This document shows positions 63,330 to 64,000 of a DNA stretch of 64,000 nt, piece after piece. Both the position numbers and the translations under genes were made by a program. A model generated the notes under the pieces. It was given only the letters and a program-made list of their open reading frames with translations, was not told the DNA's origin and did no database searches. How positions within the stretch are numbered: the stretch's first letter is position 1; each line of letters begins with the position of its first letter. This stretch comes from Camelus dromedarius (Eukaryota), in NCBI RefSeq assembly GCF_036321535.1, contig NC_087437.1, forward strand, positions 46,750,001 through 46,814,000, written 5' to 3'.

Positions 63330-64000
63330 GAGAGACAACTGAATTATTCTTATACTCAAATAGCCTTGAGAGATAGATATTTACACAAATAATTATGACA
63401 GAATAGAATGGGGCACAGGAAGAGTAGTGTGGCATGTCCTGGGTGTTACCATCTTTGCTATGTTAAATTAATAACACATATTTTTTTTAATAACACACAT
63501 CTTGATGTTCCACAGCCACAGTGTACTTAGTAAGAAACCCAGTCTGTTTCCCCAAATTCTCTTTCTCCAGATATCCCCGTGAACACCTAGTGTTATTTAT
63601 ATGTATGACCCCAATTCCCATTCAGGTACCCTTTTGATTGAGCCTAAATAATGCTGTTCTCAGTGTCTTGGCCTCTGGAGTGGTAAGCGAGGGTCACTGT
63701 ACATATGATAAGAGCTGCTGCCCATTGCTCTCCAGCCGTTGGGTTCCAGTGCCTACCCTTCCATCCAGCCCTCTGCGCTGTTGGTCATCACTGCTCTGAC
63801 ACTCATGGAATGAAACATTCACTTCTGTTTAATAATCCTGTGCCATCAGTCTCAGTGCCCTCCACATACCATTTCCTATGTTTCTGCTGAATTCCCCCGG
63901 ATTGACAACCACCACACTGTCCATGATACAATTCTTGGACACTAAGAAAATCTCCTTACACTGCTGCTATCTGGAGCTGTGACTTCTCTTGACACAAGAA

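Overview
Mammalian non-coding genomic DNA, AT-rich and repeat-dense. It is most likely camelid (camel/llama/alpaca), because two tRNA-derived SINEs (3807-3916 and 60159-60297) match my recollection of the camelid SINE. I found no credible protein-coding gene, rRNA, true tRNA or CRISPR array; the ORF track consists of chance ORFs, microsatellite frames and decayed L1/hAT fragments. The only gene-like signal is a GC/G-rich promoter-like segment at ~4.67-5.04 kb with minus-strand splice donors and a strong downstream acceptor. This suggests the 5' end of an unidentified gene transcribed leftwards, with the rest of the window being upstream or intronic DNA. The remainder holds MIR, L2, MaLR/ERVL LTRs, hAT remnants and a nested L1/ERV cluster at ~19.9-33.3 kb. 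The best-supported unusual observations are retrotransposition structures visible in the sequence: (1) a 1.54-kb L1 made of 5'UTR fused directly to 3'UTR within one TSD; (2) a solo LTR with an array of CCAAT boxes and two octamers; (3) an L1-tail insertion that created a 33-bp fold-back hairpin; (4) an L1 3' transduction splitting a MER5; (5) a twin-primed L1 inversion carrying a nested solo LTR. I cannot support a claim of a new biological system. Repeat family names come from remembered consensus sequences, not a database search, and boundaries of old repeats are approximate.
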